DNA of 59,152 bases from Candidatus Yanofskybacteria bacterium RIFCSPHIGHO2_01_FULL_44_24 (lineage in GTDB: Bacteria > Patescibacteriota > Minisyncoccia > 2-02-FULL-40-12 > GWA2-44-9): positions 1 through 59,152 of the forward strand of contig MGJK01000018.1 of the NCBI GenBank assembly GCA_001794215.1, in the 5' to 3' direction. Positions within the stretch are counted from its first letter, which is position 1; each line of letters opens with the position of its first letter. Below are positions 16,872 through 25,407 of the stretch, piece after piece. Made by a program: the position numbers and the translations under genes. The notes under the pieces were generated by a model. The model had not been told where the DNA came from. It saw nothing but the letters and a program-made list of their open reading frames with translations, and ran no database searches.

Positions 16872-16897
16872 AGCTCCTATGCAAGGAGCTTTTTGTT
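16872..16897 (+). terminator. rho-independent terminator
   Basis: AGCTCCT-ATGCA-AGGAGCT followed by TTTTTG. Confidence 0.7.
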
Positions 16898-16953
16898 TTA
16901 AACAAATAATGCTTTAATATGACCATCGTTGTTTAAAAAGAGGGTATTGCACC

Positions 16954-18246
16954 GTGTCGGAAACGATAGATACTGATCTGGTGGTAATCGGAGGGGGATT
17001 CATGGGCTTAGCTATAGCCTATCAAGCCTCCCTTTTAGGATTCCGCTCGGTCGTACTTGAAAGGAACAGGATCCGGGGACCGCACTACATGACCGGGCTC
17101 TTGTCGCCCCGGGCCGATTATATGCCGTTCGACCTTGAGTCGGCAGAGATTACCGCCCAAGAATGCGCCGAGTGGGAAAAGATGTTTCCGGATATTATAA
17201 CTCCGAAGAGGTTTCTTATTCCTATAAACGACCGGACGCCTTACGGCTCCTTGTGTTTCAGGGCTCTCATGGATATGTACAACGCTAAAACCGTCCAGAG
17301 ACTCGGAAAGCCATTCAAGCCGGAATCCTATAGAGTCAGCAGGCAAACTCTGGAACAGATGGAGCCTAACCTCAAGAAAGGATCTTTCCGTGAGGCGATA
17401 GCCTTTCATGAGCTTGTGGTGAATCCGGACCTGCTCCTTCAAAGGATGAGAAAGCATCTAAATTCCCACCCGACACTATCCAGAATAATTTCAATCCGGG
17501 ACATTGCTGATTATATAACTGACGGAAAGTACATTCGCGAAGTATCAATTACCACTGGCGAAGGAGATCAAGTAAATTTATCGAGCCGCAAGAAAGCTCT
17601 GATTGTCATAAACGCAGCCGGACCGTGGTTAGCAGAGGAAGCGAAAAATTCAGACATTGATCTGCCAGTTGAATTCAGTCTGGGCATCCAATTGAACCTG
17701 CCCGAAAGAGGATTTTTCAATTCCGGAATCATCACTTTTTCTGAAGATAAAAAATACGTCATCTGCCTTCCAAGCAACGGGCATTTGCAAATCGGTCCAA
17801 CTAACACGCCCTTTACCGGCGATCCGAATAATTTATCGCCGAACCAAAAAGACAAGGAAGCCCTGATAAGCGCGTTCAATGAAATAGTTCAGAGGTCTGT
17901 CAATCCGAGCCGATTCGAACTAAAATCAGCCGGGTTAAGAGTAAAGCTCAGCTTGTCCCGTTGCCCGGATACAAATAGACCCTTCTTCTTTCGAAAAGGC
18001 TATGAAAATTATTTCATCATCTACCCGGGCAAGACCGCCTTGGCGATGTTGGCCGCCCGGGAACTGCTGTCCGTCGCATACGGCGCCCGTTCCGCTAAGC
18101 TCCACTCTATAGACGGCGGAGCTGAGTTGAAGCTCAACAGACACAAAATATGGTCGGCTCGGCTAAAATCGATGGCAATTACCGGCATCTGCTTTGGCAG
18201 GTATTTTGTGAGATTCTTGTTCCATAAACAAACCCCTCTTGAATGA
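16954..18246 (+). CDS. FAD-dependent oxidoreductase, glycerol-3-phosphate dehydrogenase (GlpD/GlpA)-like
   Basis: GTG start. DLVVIGGGFMGLAIAY Rossmann motif, overall DAO-family layout and a hydrophobic C-terminal segment. Confidence 0.7.
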   Translation: MSETIDTDLVVIGGGFMGLAIAYQASLLGFRSVVLERNRIRGPHYMTGLLSPRADYMPFDLESAEITAQECAEWEKMFPDIITPKRFLIPINDRTPYGSLCFRALMDMYNAKTVQRLGKPFKPESYRVSRQTLEQMEPNLKKGSFREAIAFHELVVNPDLLLQRMRKHLNSHPTLSRIISIRDIADYITDGKYIREVSITTGEGDQVNLSSRKKALIVINAAGPWLAEEAKNSDIDLPVEFSLGIQLNLPERGFFNSGIITFSEDKKYVICLPSNGHLQIGPTNTPFTGDPNNLSPNQKDKEALISAFNEIVQRSVNPSRFELKSAGLRVKLSLSRCPDTNRPFFFRKGYENYFIIYPGKTALAMLAARELLSVAYGARSAKLHSIDGGAELKLNRHKIWSARLKSMAITGICFGRYFVRFLFHKQTPLE

Positions 18247-18256
18247 GGGGTTTTGA

Positions 18257-19192
18257 TCACTTATCCCAGCCTTTGGTTTTTATCAACTCCAAAAACTTAT
18301 TTAGATCTTTAGACGACACGATGTAGGTGAAGTTGTACAGGCCTTCGGATACCATGCCGATAACCCGGCCTGCAGAATCAAAGACCGGTCCCCCTGAAAA
18401 TCCATGCTCCGATCCCATTCTCGACCTGTAGACAGCAATTAACCCCATTTTATTTGCCGGCATACTTCTAATATCGGCTGATATGGTTCCGCGAAACGTA
18501 TAGTCAAGGAGATCACCCAACACGACATCGTCAAACCCGCCGGCGGTTGGAAAAAACGATTGCCTTGGAACAAAACCGCTGGCATAATAGTATACCTGCT
18601 TATCGGGGTCCCTCTTGGATTCTTCGGACTCTACGACAACCGCTTCTTCCATCGGTAGGATCGCTAATGGAATATCCTCAGCTACCTTCAGGGCCATAAA
18701 ATCTTGAGGAGTACCCATGGGACCGATGGCCATCAGTTTCAGCGGAAGAGCCTGCGGACCGCCGGGTGTTTGTACTACGCAGTAAATTCTATATTTGTAC
18801 CCGATGCCTTCCGGCAGTCCATTAGGATCATATATTATCGGCAACCCCAGCCTTGCAAGTCTCGTCATTGGCATCAGTAAAACATGGCGGGCGGTTAGAA
18901 TAATATTTTTAGAGACCCGGAATCCGGTTCCGAAGCTTATTTGAAAAAATTCCTTCAGATCATTTGAGCGATAAAATTCGATTAGTATCATCGTTTTATT
19001 CTTTTGGGCATTGCTGACCTCGGACGGCAGAGGATAATCGGATATGCTCGCTCCGGAAGGCGGACTGATTATATATGATCTGCCCATAGGCGCGCTTCTT
19101 TGATTGTCCGCGGTATCTTGGTCTTTAAAATTACAGCCCCCGATGAGAAAAATTAAAAATACAAGCGGAGCGATCCTGAGACCTATATTCAC
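18257..19192 (-). CDS. trypsin-like serine protease, lipoprotein
   Basis: Lipobox LIGGC. TARHVLL (His) and GFSGGPVFD (Ser) motifs. Confidence 0.8.
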   Translation of the reverse strand: MNIGLRIAPLVFLIFLIGGCNFKDQDTADNQRSAPMGRSYIISPPSGASISDYPLPSEVSNAQKNKTMILIEFYRSNDLKEFFQISFGTGFRVSKNIILTARHVLLMPMTRLARLGLPIIYDPNGLPEGIGYKYRIYCVVQTPGGPQALPLKLMAIGPMGTPQDFMALKVAEDIPLAILPMEEAVVVESEESKRDPDKQVYYYASGFVPRQSFFPTAGGFDDVVLGDLLDYTFRGTISADIRSMPANKMGLIAVYRSRMGSEHGFSGGPVFDSAGRVIGMVSEGLYNFTYIVSSKDLNKFLELIKTKGWDK

Positions 19193-19357
19193 CTTCAGAT
19201 CCTTTCAAGGAACTTATTGGAACCAAGATAACCTTATTAAGAATATAAATCAACCAAGACCCCCTATGGAAAAGGTCGTAAATTCTGGTACAATAAGAAC
19301 GAGATAAAAAGTCTTCCTTTCGTATGTCTCCTAAACATCAGCCACTACAAATGAAAT

Positions 19358-21388
19358 ATGGGAATATTTGAGAAGATAATACCCCGCAATAAACCCAAGG
19401 AGTTTCCGATAGGGCTTCGCGACTTTACCAAGAAGGAATCAGCAAAGGCTATTCATGAGTCCCTCCCGAAGAAACCGGTCAAATCAGAAAAACCGCCTCA
19501 AGAACCTCATCAGAGGATCCCGATTGCGTTGGAAAAATTAAAAGCACAGATAGAATCTACAAAAAACCTTGAGCTAAGGCCTCGCGTTGGAATCTTAGCT
19601 GATGGTGACAAAATAGAGAACCAGCAGATTGATGTAATTGACGCAGACGACGAGGACCTTTGGAAGGTCTGTTTTAAATTAACTGAAGCCCATTACAAAC
19701 AAATACTGGGGAAAACTCGATCTGAGCCGGGCTGGTCAGAAGGACTGATATTAGTTAAACCTCGAACTGCTAATAAAAAAAAGGGGGGACCGGAAGATTC
19801 AGAAGACCATGGAATCAGGCCCTTCTTACTGAGCTCGGCTCGTTGTTATCTTATGGATGAGGGCGTGGTCGTTAAAGTCGCAACCGCCGAAACCAGAACC
19901 GGCTTCTCCAATGAGCCCATGAGAACTGCGATCGGCTTGGTGCAGGTAGAAATACCTAAAGGCGTACCCGACCAAGATAGTTTAGGGGAAAGTGTGGACG
20001 TTATTTTAAAAAAGGTATTTGAAGTTAGTGACGGACTTTCTATTCCAACAAAAGAAGCTGAGCGTCAATATAAAAAGGCCCGTTATATGTGGCACCACAA
20101 AGTAGAGAAAGATCGAGTCCCGTTTGACCTTGATTCAAGGCTCACAAGAGAAGAAGTTATGCCGGGATATTTCACCTTCGTCGAAAAGGGTAAATACCAA
20201 GAGTACCGACAAAAAACTCCTTTTGTTCTTACCCACGCACTTCACAACGTAGAGAGCCTGCCCCAAATAATTACTGCGGGAGGAATCTTGTCAACTCACG
20301 AAAGATACCGCCGAGGGCTTATTCAATCCGGTATGTCTTCAGAAAGGGATCTTGAAGTAGGCGGGGGAGACAGTGTTTTTATCAGAACTTCAACCGAAGG
20401 AAACTTTCTGACAATCCTCGGCCCCCAACTCACTATGGTTTTTGAACCTCGTATTCTGGATCGAACTGATTGGTATGCCTATATGAACGACCAGTATGGT
20501 AGCACCGATCCGGAATATTTTAGCGAAAGACTACCGCCTGCTGAACTATTTGATCTGAACAGCACCAACTCTGGCAACGAGCAAATGTTCAGAACGGGAA
20601 TAGCTTTAGCGGATATTAAAGCCCTGGTTAGTTCAGACTCCCGGAGCTTAATGAGAGCTTACGCTGTTTTAAGAAATGCCGGCATCGAAACAATAAACGG
20701 GGAACCCATGGAAGATTTTCTGGTATTGACGCCTACCGTAAGAGACGCGGCTGGACTTTCGGAAACCTTAGCTAAGCCGGATGAGGGATCTAAGGACAGT
20801 TGGCAAGATCCGGAATTCAAAACCCTTTCGAAGATTATCAAAGAAGATCCCGATAGTCTGGAGAGATACTTATACGGCGGGGCATACTATTTCATAGAAG
20901 AACTGAAAAAATATTCGAAAACTTTCGGCACGTTAAAAGATTTAGATTTTGCCAATACGTTCAATGACTGGACACGCAATAACGGTGCTTATCAGCTCGA
21001 CGCCTACCTGGGCGGCAGGGCGCTCGATGATATACGTATGCTGCTTGATCTTAAGCATGAATCAGCTACTACCCCCAAAATAGTAGAGGGGGTCTTGAGA
21101 AATTTTGAAATCAGGATTATACCATCCAGAATGAAACCTGAAGTTAAAAATAATATTTTAGCAGCCCTAAATAACCTTCACGCCTCCGTTGAAGAGGTCG
21201 TAGTTGCTGTAAGGACAGCGAAAGAAAAGTTTCAGAACCAAGGTTTTGAGACGGGATCTTCAAAAGAAGATACCCAAGATTTCATTTTGTTAGCTCAGAT
21301 AGAGGCTCGAATAACTCGGATTATAAAGATCTCCGACGGCATCGAAGGCTGGAGAAAAATATTAGCCCAGAATGAAAATACTAACTAA
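19358..21388 (+). CDS. 676-aa hypothetical protein with a central DarT/ADP-ribosyltransferase-like motif (weak)
   Basis: Long ORF. The central segment has LTHALHNVESLPQIITAGGILS, then GGGDSVFIRTS, then NEQMFRTGIALADIKALV. Its 3' end overlaps the next ORF by 17 nt. Confidence 0.75.
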   Translation: MGIFEKIIPRNKPKEFPIGLRDFTKKESAKAIHESLPKKPVKSEKPPQEPHQRIPIALEKLKAQIESTKNLELRPRVGILADGDKIENQQIDVIDADDEDLWKVCFKLTEAHYKQILGKTRSEPGWSEGLILVKPRTANKKKGGPEDSEDHGIRPFLLSSARCYLMDEGVVVKVATAETRTGFSNEPMRTAIGLVQVEIPKGVPDQDSLGESVDVILKKVFEVSDGLSIPTKEAERQYKKARYMWHHKVEKDRVPFDLDSRLTREEVMPGYFTFVEKGKYQEYRQKTPFVLTHALHNVESLPQIITAGGILSTHERYRRGLIQSGMSSERDLEVGGGDSVFIRTSTEGNFLTILGPQLTMVFEPRILDRTDWYAYMNDQYGSTDPEYFSERLPPAELFDLNSTNSGNEQMFRTGIALADIKALVSSDSRSLMRAYAVLRNAGIETINGEPMEDFLVLTPTVRDAAGLSETLAKPDEGSKDSWQDPEFKTLSKIIKEDPDSLERYLYGGAYYFIEELKKYSKTFGTLKDLDFANTFNDWTRNNGAYQLDAYLGGRALDDIRMLLDLKHESATTPKIVEGVLRNFEIRIIPSRMKPEVKNNILAALNNLHASVEEVVVAVRTAKEKFQNQGFETGSSKEDTQDFILLAQIEARITRIIKISDGIEGWRKILAQNENTN

Positions 21389-21713
21389 TAAAAAAGTTTA
21401 TTATGTTTTCTGCCCGGATGATCCGACGGTTTTGGTTGCTATGGATATTAAACTGACCGACTCGAACACAATAACCTGGCTTGATACCGTCAAGGAAAGG
21501 TCAATGACCATAGAAAGGGTCGCGGAAAACGTCGAAGATCGGTTCGTATTCGACAGAAGCCAAAAAGAGGGCGGGGGCACCTACACATTTGTTCCAATGA
21601 CACTCGCTATATATAATGACGGGGTGAAAAGTCACCTTCTTTCTCCCGGAGACTTTGAATCCGAAGAGAAAATGATCGAAGCTTTTGAAAAGACCAGGTC
21701 TAACATTTGGTAA
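21372..21713 (+). CDS. 113-aa hypothetical protein, translationally coupled
   Basis: Its ATG lies inside the last codons of the upstream gene. No motif recognised. Confidence 0.6.
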   Translation: MKILTNKKVYYVFCPDDPTVLVAMDIKLTDSNTITWLDTVKERSMTIERVAENVEDRFVFDRSQKEGGGTYTFVPMTLAIYNDGVKSHLLSPGDFESEEKMIEAFEKTRSNIW

Positions 21714-21715
21714 AC

Positions 21716-22762
21716 ATGATTAAGGAATTACTCTATCCAAAAAAAGATGCTCCTGCCGCTAAAATCGAGAAGGTTTCAGAGTACGACGTTGTGCTGAATA
21801 ATCCCGAAATTGTTTCCCATACGGCTTTAGACTTTAAACTTCCTGAATACGAGGGCAGAGAGTTAAGGCCCGGTCATAAAATAATCTTTAAAGTGCCCGA
21901 TGACTTTAAGGACAGAGTAATTAGAGATGTGATCTTGCGCCATCGGAAAGGAAATACATACAGAGTCGATATAGGTCCGGACGGCCATGATCCTTACGGC
22001 GCATATAGTCGAGTAGAATTGAGGGACTCAAAATCAGGACAATGGCGCGAGTGGAGGGATCCCGCCGGATATAATCCGGTTAAATTTGCCGAACCAAGAT
22101 CTGCCGGAGATCCCGAGAATGAGGTTCTGCATGATTGGGTAGCTATGGTTGGAATTATAACACCTGACGCCGCGAGAGTGACCAATGAGGGCAAAGACGA
22201 TAGATATAGCGTTTCTCAAATTCACGGTCTTGAGATGGTCTTTTTTCCAGAGCAAGAGGGCTTAACTTATAATCAAAATATCTATACCCAAGGAACGTCT
22301 TTTATTGACTTTGCAAGTAAAAACCTCCTCCCTCAATACGGCGGAGGCGAGCATACGGCCGGTGTTTATAAAGATGCTGTTGTTCTGGGCAGTTATCACT
22401 CCAAAGACCAAGAAATACATGGAGAATCTTCATTGAACACAAGAGTAGAGGGTTCTCGGTTAATTATTAAACCTACGCCCGGGAAAAAGATAGTGCAGAT
22501 AGAGGTTGCCATCGGCGATACCGAGCACAGGCCGGATGGGAATAATCGCTTAGGTTGGGCCAAGCTATGGGTAGGAATCAGAAGAAGTTCCAGTCGAAAT
22601 ATAGACTGGTTTATAAAAAACGCTAACGTACCGCCCCAGGGCGTAATAGCTGGCGGACCGCACATAGATCAAGGCCTAATAAATCCTGATGATGAAATTA
22701 TAATAGAATCAAGAAATGACACCTCTTATATAATGGGCTGGCGTTTAGCCTCTAAAGATTAA
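21716..22762 (+). CDS. hypothetical beta-rich protein (about 349 aa)
   Basis: ATG at 21716, 3 nt after the upstream stop; the track's TTG at 21707 is an alternative. A strong terminator follows. Confidence 0.7.
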   Translation: MIKELLYPKKDAPAAKIEKVSEYDVVLNNPEIVSHTALDFKLPEYEGRELRPGHKIIFKVPDDFKDRVIRDVILRHRKGNTYRVDIGPDGHDPYGAYSRVELRDSKSGQWREWRDPAGYNPVKFAEPRSAGDPENEVLHDWVAMVGIITPDAARVTNEGKDDRYSVSQIHGLEMVFFPEQEGLTYNQNIYTQGTSFIDFASKNLLPQYGGGEHTAGVYKDAVVLGSYHSKDQEIHGESSLNTRVEGSRLIIKPTPGKKIVQIEVAIGDTEHRPDGNNRLGWAKLWVGIRRSSSRNIDWFIKNANVPPQGVIAGGPHIDQGLINPDDEIIIESRNDTSYIMGWRLASKD

Positions 22763-22780
22763 AGCCATAGATAGTTCTTT

Positions 22781-22818
22781 CCAAAACAAAAACCAGCTGT
22801 TGCTGGTTTTTGTTTTGG
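22781..22818 (+). terminator. strong rho-independent terminator (17-bp stem)
   Basis: CCAAAACAAAAACCAGC-TGTT-GCTGGTTTTTGTTTTGG. Confidence 0.8.
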
Positions 22819-22916
22819 AAATTGAAATTAGGTTGCCTTTTAGCCCTCCTCATATTATCATAAAGACAAGTTTTAGCAGTGTTAAATAAAATCGCGGGTA
22901 TCGTATAATGGTAGTA

Positions 22917-22936
22917 CCTGCCTGCCGGCAGGCAGG
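22917..22936. repeat. PAL20 perfect palindrome CCTGCCTGCCGGCAGGCAGG at the anticodon-arm position of the outer tRNA
   Basis: Identical 20-mer to 14783-14802, with the same TA...C flanks. Confidence 0.9.
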
Positions 22937-22966
22937 CGGCAACAATTTATAATATGGATTGAGTGA

Positions 22967-23037
22967 GCGGGATTCGTATATCGGTAATACATGAGTTTTC
23001 CAAACTCAAGAGACGGGTTCGACTCCCGTATCCCGCT
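22967..23037 (+). tRNA. tRNA-Gly (anticodon UCC)
   Basis: Hand-folded cloverleaf. Acceptor GCGGGAT/ATCCCGC, D stem GTAT/ATAC, anticodon stem TGAGT/ACTCA with loop TTTCCAA, T arm ACGGG-TTCGACT-CCCGT, discriminator T. No encoded CCA. Confidence 0.9.
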
Positions 23038-23097
23038 CAGTCAATCTATGTTCAGTTAGACTGTCGGCCGGGGTTCGATTCCCCGTACCCGCTCTAT

Positions 23098-23139
23098 ATC
23101 AAATCAGAGACACCCACTGCTGGGTGTTTTTGATTTGAT
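23098..23139 (+). terminator. terminator hairpin after the tRNA locus
   Basis: ATCAAATCA...ACACCCA-CTGC-TGGGTGT-TTT-TGATTTGAT, a nested inverted repeat with a T-run. Confidence 0.65.
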
Positions 23140-23315
23140 ACGCGAAGGTAGGGGGATCGAAGTGCCGGAGCGTTGTAATCACCAGCAGGTGACTACCGCG
23201 AGGAGGGGTCGCGACTTTTGTGAGGCGGCGGCCGAACAAAAAGTTGTGACCGATTCCCCATACCTTCAATTTTGTCCAAGCAATGGCAAAGACAAAACTT
23301 GTAGCCGATCCCCAA

Positions 23316-23343
23316 TTGACACATTTTTAAATACCTATATACT
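23316..23343 (+). promoter_or_regulatory. candidate sigma70-like promoter
   Basis: TTGACA, 16 nt, TATACT, about 28 nt upstream of the ATG at 23372, which is preceded by GGAGG. Confidence 0.4.
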
Positions 23344-23371
23344 TCTGGCAGAACATTGAATTGGAGGACAT

Positions 23372-23596
23372 ATGGCAAAATCTATCGGCCTTTTGGCAAT
23401 TTTTGGATATATTCTGTTTCTTGCCGGCTGGGTATTGGGCGGAATAAACTACTTTGACGGAATGACTCCACTGGTCCCCAAGGATAGCATTGAAGCAAAA
23501 ATGATGATGTTCGGGATGTGCATGCTCGTTATTTCTGTAACCAGTTTGTCCTATTCTGTCTTCTTCAAGAAGAACAGAAAGGACTTAGCGGCTTAA
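23372..23596 (+). CDS. 74-aa two-helix membrane protein
   Basis: GGAGGA RBS, two hydrophobic helices, and a terminator hairpin (23587-23609) overlapping the stop. Confidence 0.6.
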   Translation: MAKSIGLLAIFGYILFLAGWVLGGINYFDGMTPLVPKDSIEAKMMMFGMCMLVISVTSLSYSVFFKKNRKDLAA

Positions 23597-23685
23597 TAGC
23601 CGCTTTTTTAATTGCTTTTAGCCCTTTCTGCTGATAAGCTATGTATATAAAATAGGCCAACCGATGGCTGTCAAAAGATTTTTAT

Positions 23686-24060
23686 ATGGATATCAAAGAA
23701 ACTATATTTGAGTTAGAAAATAAACTTCAGCAACCCGATGTTAGAAAGTCAGTGGAGCAACTTAACGACCTAATCTCGGATGATTTAATAGAATTCGGGA
23801 GTTCCGGTCTCGTATACACCAAGCAAGATGTTTTGGGTAATCTTCCCGCCTCTTCTGAAATTAAATTTGTCATGACTGATTTTAAAATAAACATACTGTC
23901 TGCCGACATTGTTCAATCTACATTCAAAACAGAGAAAACGGATATCGAGACGGGTAAAATCAGCCGATCTTTGAGAAGTTCATTATGGAGAAATGCAAAT
24001 GGTAAATGGAGAATGATATTTCACCAAGGGACTCCATTTGGTGTAAAAAGTAATCTTTGA
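23686..24060 (+). CDS. NTF2/SnoaL-like (DUF4440-like) small protein
   Basis: 124 aa. The length and the pattern LEFGSSG...W..NANGKWRMIFHQGT resemble DUF4440 proteins (from memory). Confidence 0.6.
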   Translation: MDIKETIFELENKLQQPDVRKSVEQLNDLISDDLIEFGSSGLVYTKQDVLGNLPASSEIKFVMTDFKINILSADIVQSTFKTEKTDIETGKISRSLRSSLWRNANGKWRMIFHQGTPFGVKSNL

Positions 24061-24446
24061 TGACTTCTCAAAAGATTCCCGCCCCCATAGGTCAAGGCTC
24101 GCCGAAACCGTCTAACCTCCTCAAGCAACACACTCCGAATATGAAAGGAATACTCTCAAAAATATTTTTTCTTTTATTCTTGATTACCGCAGTAACGTCG
24201 GTCTTTTTTACTGTATTTCCCCTGGAAAATGGCGGACCTTGTTCTTGCCTGGGAATCAGTTACGGAATCGGATCTGTTATTAAAACGGCTGTCGAACTTC
24301 AGGCGTTAAAATCGACCACTTGCCCGCCCCTTGCAGGATGCGGACCTTCCGTCTATGTAATTCCGCTTGATTTGTATCTTATTACCGCTATTTTTATAGT
24401 CCTGTGGTCAATATGGAGAAAGAGGGATCGTTTCCATTCCCAATAA
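24060..24446 (+). CDS. membrane protein, function unknown
   Basis: The ATG overlaps the upstream TGA (TGATG). Hydrophobic helices at the N- and C-terminus. The internal ATG at 24141 is an alternative start. Confidence 0.5.
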   Translation: MTSQKIPAPIGQGSPKPSNLLKQHTPNMKGILSKIFFLLFLITAVTSVFFTVFPLENGGPCSCLGISYGIGSVIKTAVELQALKSTTCPPLAGCGPSVYVIPLDLYLITAIFIVLWSIWRKRDRFHSQ

Positions 24447-24562
24447 GTTCTATCCTCGTCGCCTCAAATACATGCCTCTTTTGTCAATATTCCACCCACT
24501 CTTGACAGATAGCTACAGAATGCTAACATACCTATAGTTCCGTAGACGCATCGGGGGTTACG

Positions 24563-24733
24563 ATGAGTCGCTATCTCTTTGCCATAGTTACTACTTTTGT
24601 GGGAATGCTCCTTCTATATAGCGGGGGATACGGGGGTTGGAATAATCAGATCTCCCGAATTCTTATCGGCACAAGCGGATTCTTATTTATTCTTATGGCT
24701 TTCGTAGTGGCTTTCTATGGCAAGCGCACCTGA
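24563..24733 (+). CDS. 56-aa two-helix membrane micro-protein (not in ORF track)
   Basis: GGGGG RBS 5 nt upstream, and TTGACA-16/17 nt-TAACAT further upstream. Sequence MSRYLFAIVTTFVGMLLLYSGG...LFILMAFVVAFYGKRT. Confidence 0.4.
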   Translation: MSRYLFAIVTTFVGMLLLYSGGYGGWNNQISRILIGTSGFLFILMAFVVAFYGKRT

Positions 24734-24790
24734 TGGGCGCTTCTTTATTTGACTAAAACGATACAAATATACTCCAAATAAAAACGTCCA

Positions 24791-24961
24791 TCAGGGACGT
24801 CTACGAAATTTCTTTTCTAATTGAGCGCCCTTCTGGGGGTCGGCTACGGCTTCTGCCCCTAAGGCTTCGGCCACTTCCTTGGGACTGACCCTGCGATAAG
24901 TTCTGCCGGTAACTTTTATCTTTTCGTAGGTTTTACTCCCGGTCTTTTGTTTCTTTGCCAT
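24791..24961 (-). CDS. 56-aa basic hypothetical protein
   Basis: Start moved to ATG 24961 (GGAGG 6 nt upstream). The stop lies in the loop of an ACGTCC/GGACGT terminator hairpin followed by a T-run. Confidence 0.5.
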   Translation of the reverse strand: MAKKQKTGSKTYEKIKVTGRTYRRVSPKEVAEALGAEAVADPQKGAQLEKKFRRRP

Positions 24962-25091
24962 AACATGCCTCCGATGAAGAACTTGATCTATCATGCCATA
25001 AATCTCGCACCATGAAAAGAAGTCTCCGGATTGACTATAGAGAAATTTAATATGCCATTAAGGCCGAATAGCACACGAACAAGAGGCTTCC

Positions 25092-25307
25092 TTGGAATTA
25101 ACGTTCCGGTTAGTTAAAGCCATTTATTTTCCCATGCCATGGCGTACATTGTCAGTTCTTGTAATCGTTGGTTTAGGAGTCGCTCTATATACCCATGAAT
25201 TAGACTTCCTTATATCAGCCATTCTGCTTGCATTCCCTATTAATCTGATCGTAGTCGTAGCCCACATCCTAATATCTAACGGAGCCTGGCAAGCTCTTGG
25301 GACCTGA
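25092..25307 (+). CDS. small two-helix membrane protein
   Basis: TTG start (alternative ATG at 25134). Hydrophobic. Weak support. Confidence 0.35.
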   Translation: MELTFRLVKAIYFPMPWRTLSVLVIVGLGVALYTHELDFLISAILLAFPINLIVVVAHILISNGAWQALGT

Positions 25308-25407
25308 GATGCAAGTCCTTTTTAATTGATTTCAGCCGACCCCGCTGATAAAATAAGAATAGAAAATAACCTAACAAACACTCGAGTCTTGAATCTGTTT
25401 TAATATA

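Larger units (their letters stand above)
22894..23093 (+). other. split/interrupted Gly-like tRNA: 5' half (acceptor + D arm) and 3' half (T arm + acceptor) separated by about 150 nt
   Basis: GCGGGTA-TC-GTAT-AATGGTA-GTAC at 22894-22917. CGGGG-TTCGATT-CCCCG-TACCCGC-T at 23069-23093. The acceptor strands are perfectly complementary, but no canonical anticodon arm can be drawn. Confidence 0.6.

Noticed and set aside
23140-23315. GC-rich patch after the tRNA locus carrying 74-aa (+) and 61-aa (-) track ORFs; considered as a structured ncRNA (RNase P, SRP, tmRNA) or att remnant
   Set aside because: I could not find diagnostic motifs such as GAGGAAAGUCC, an SRP domain IV GGAA/AGCA pattern or a tRNA-like 3' end. 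I also found no direct repeat of the tRNA 3' end. The ORFs lack RBS signals. The patch is left unassigned rather than called.
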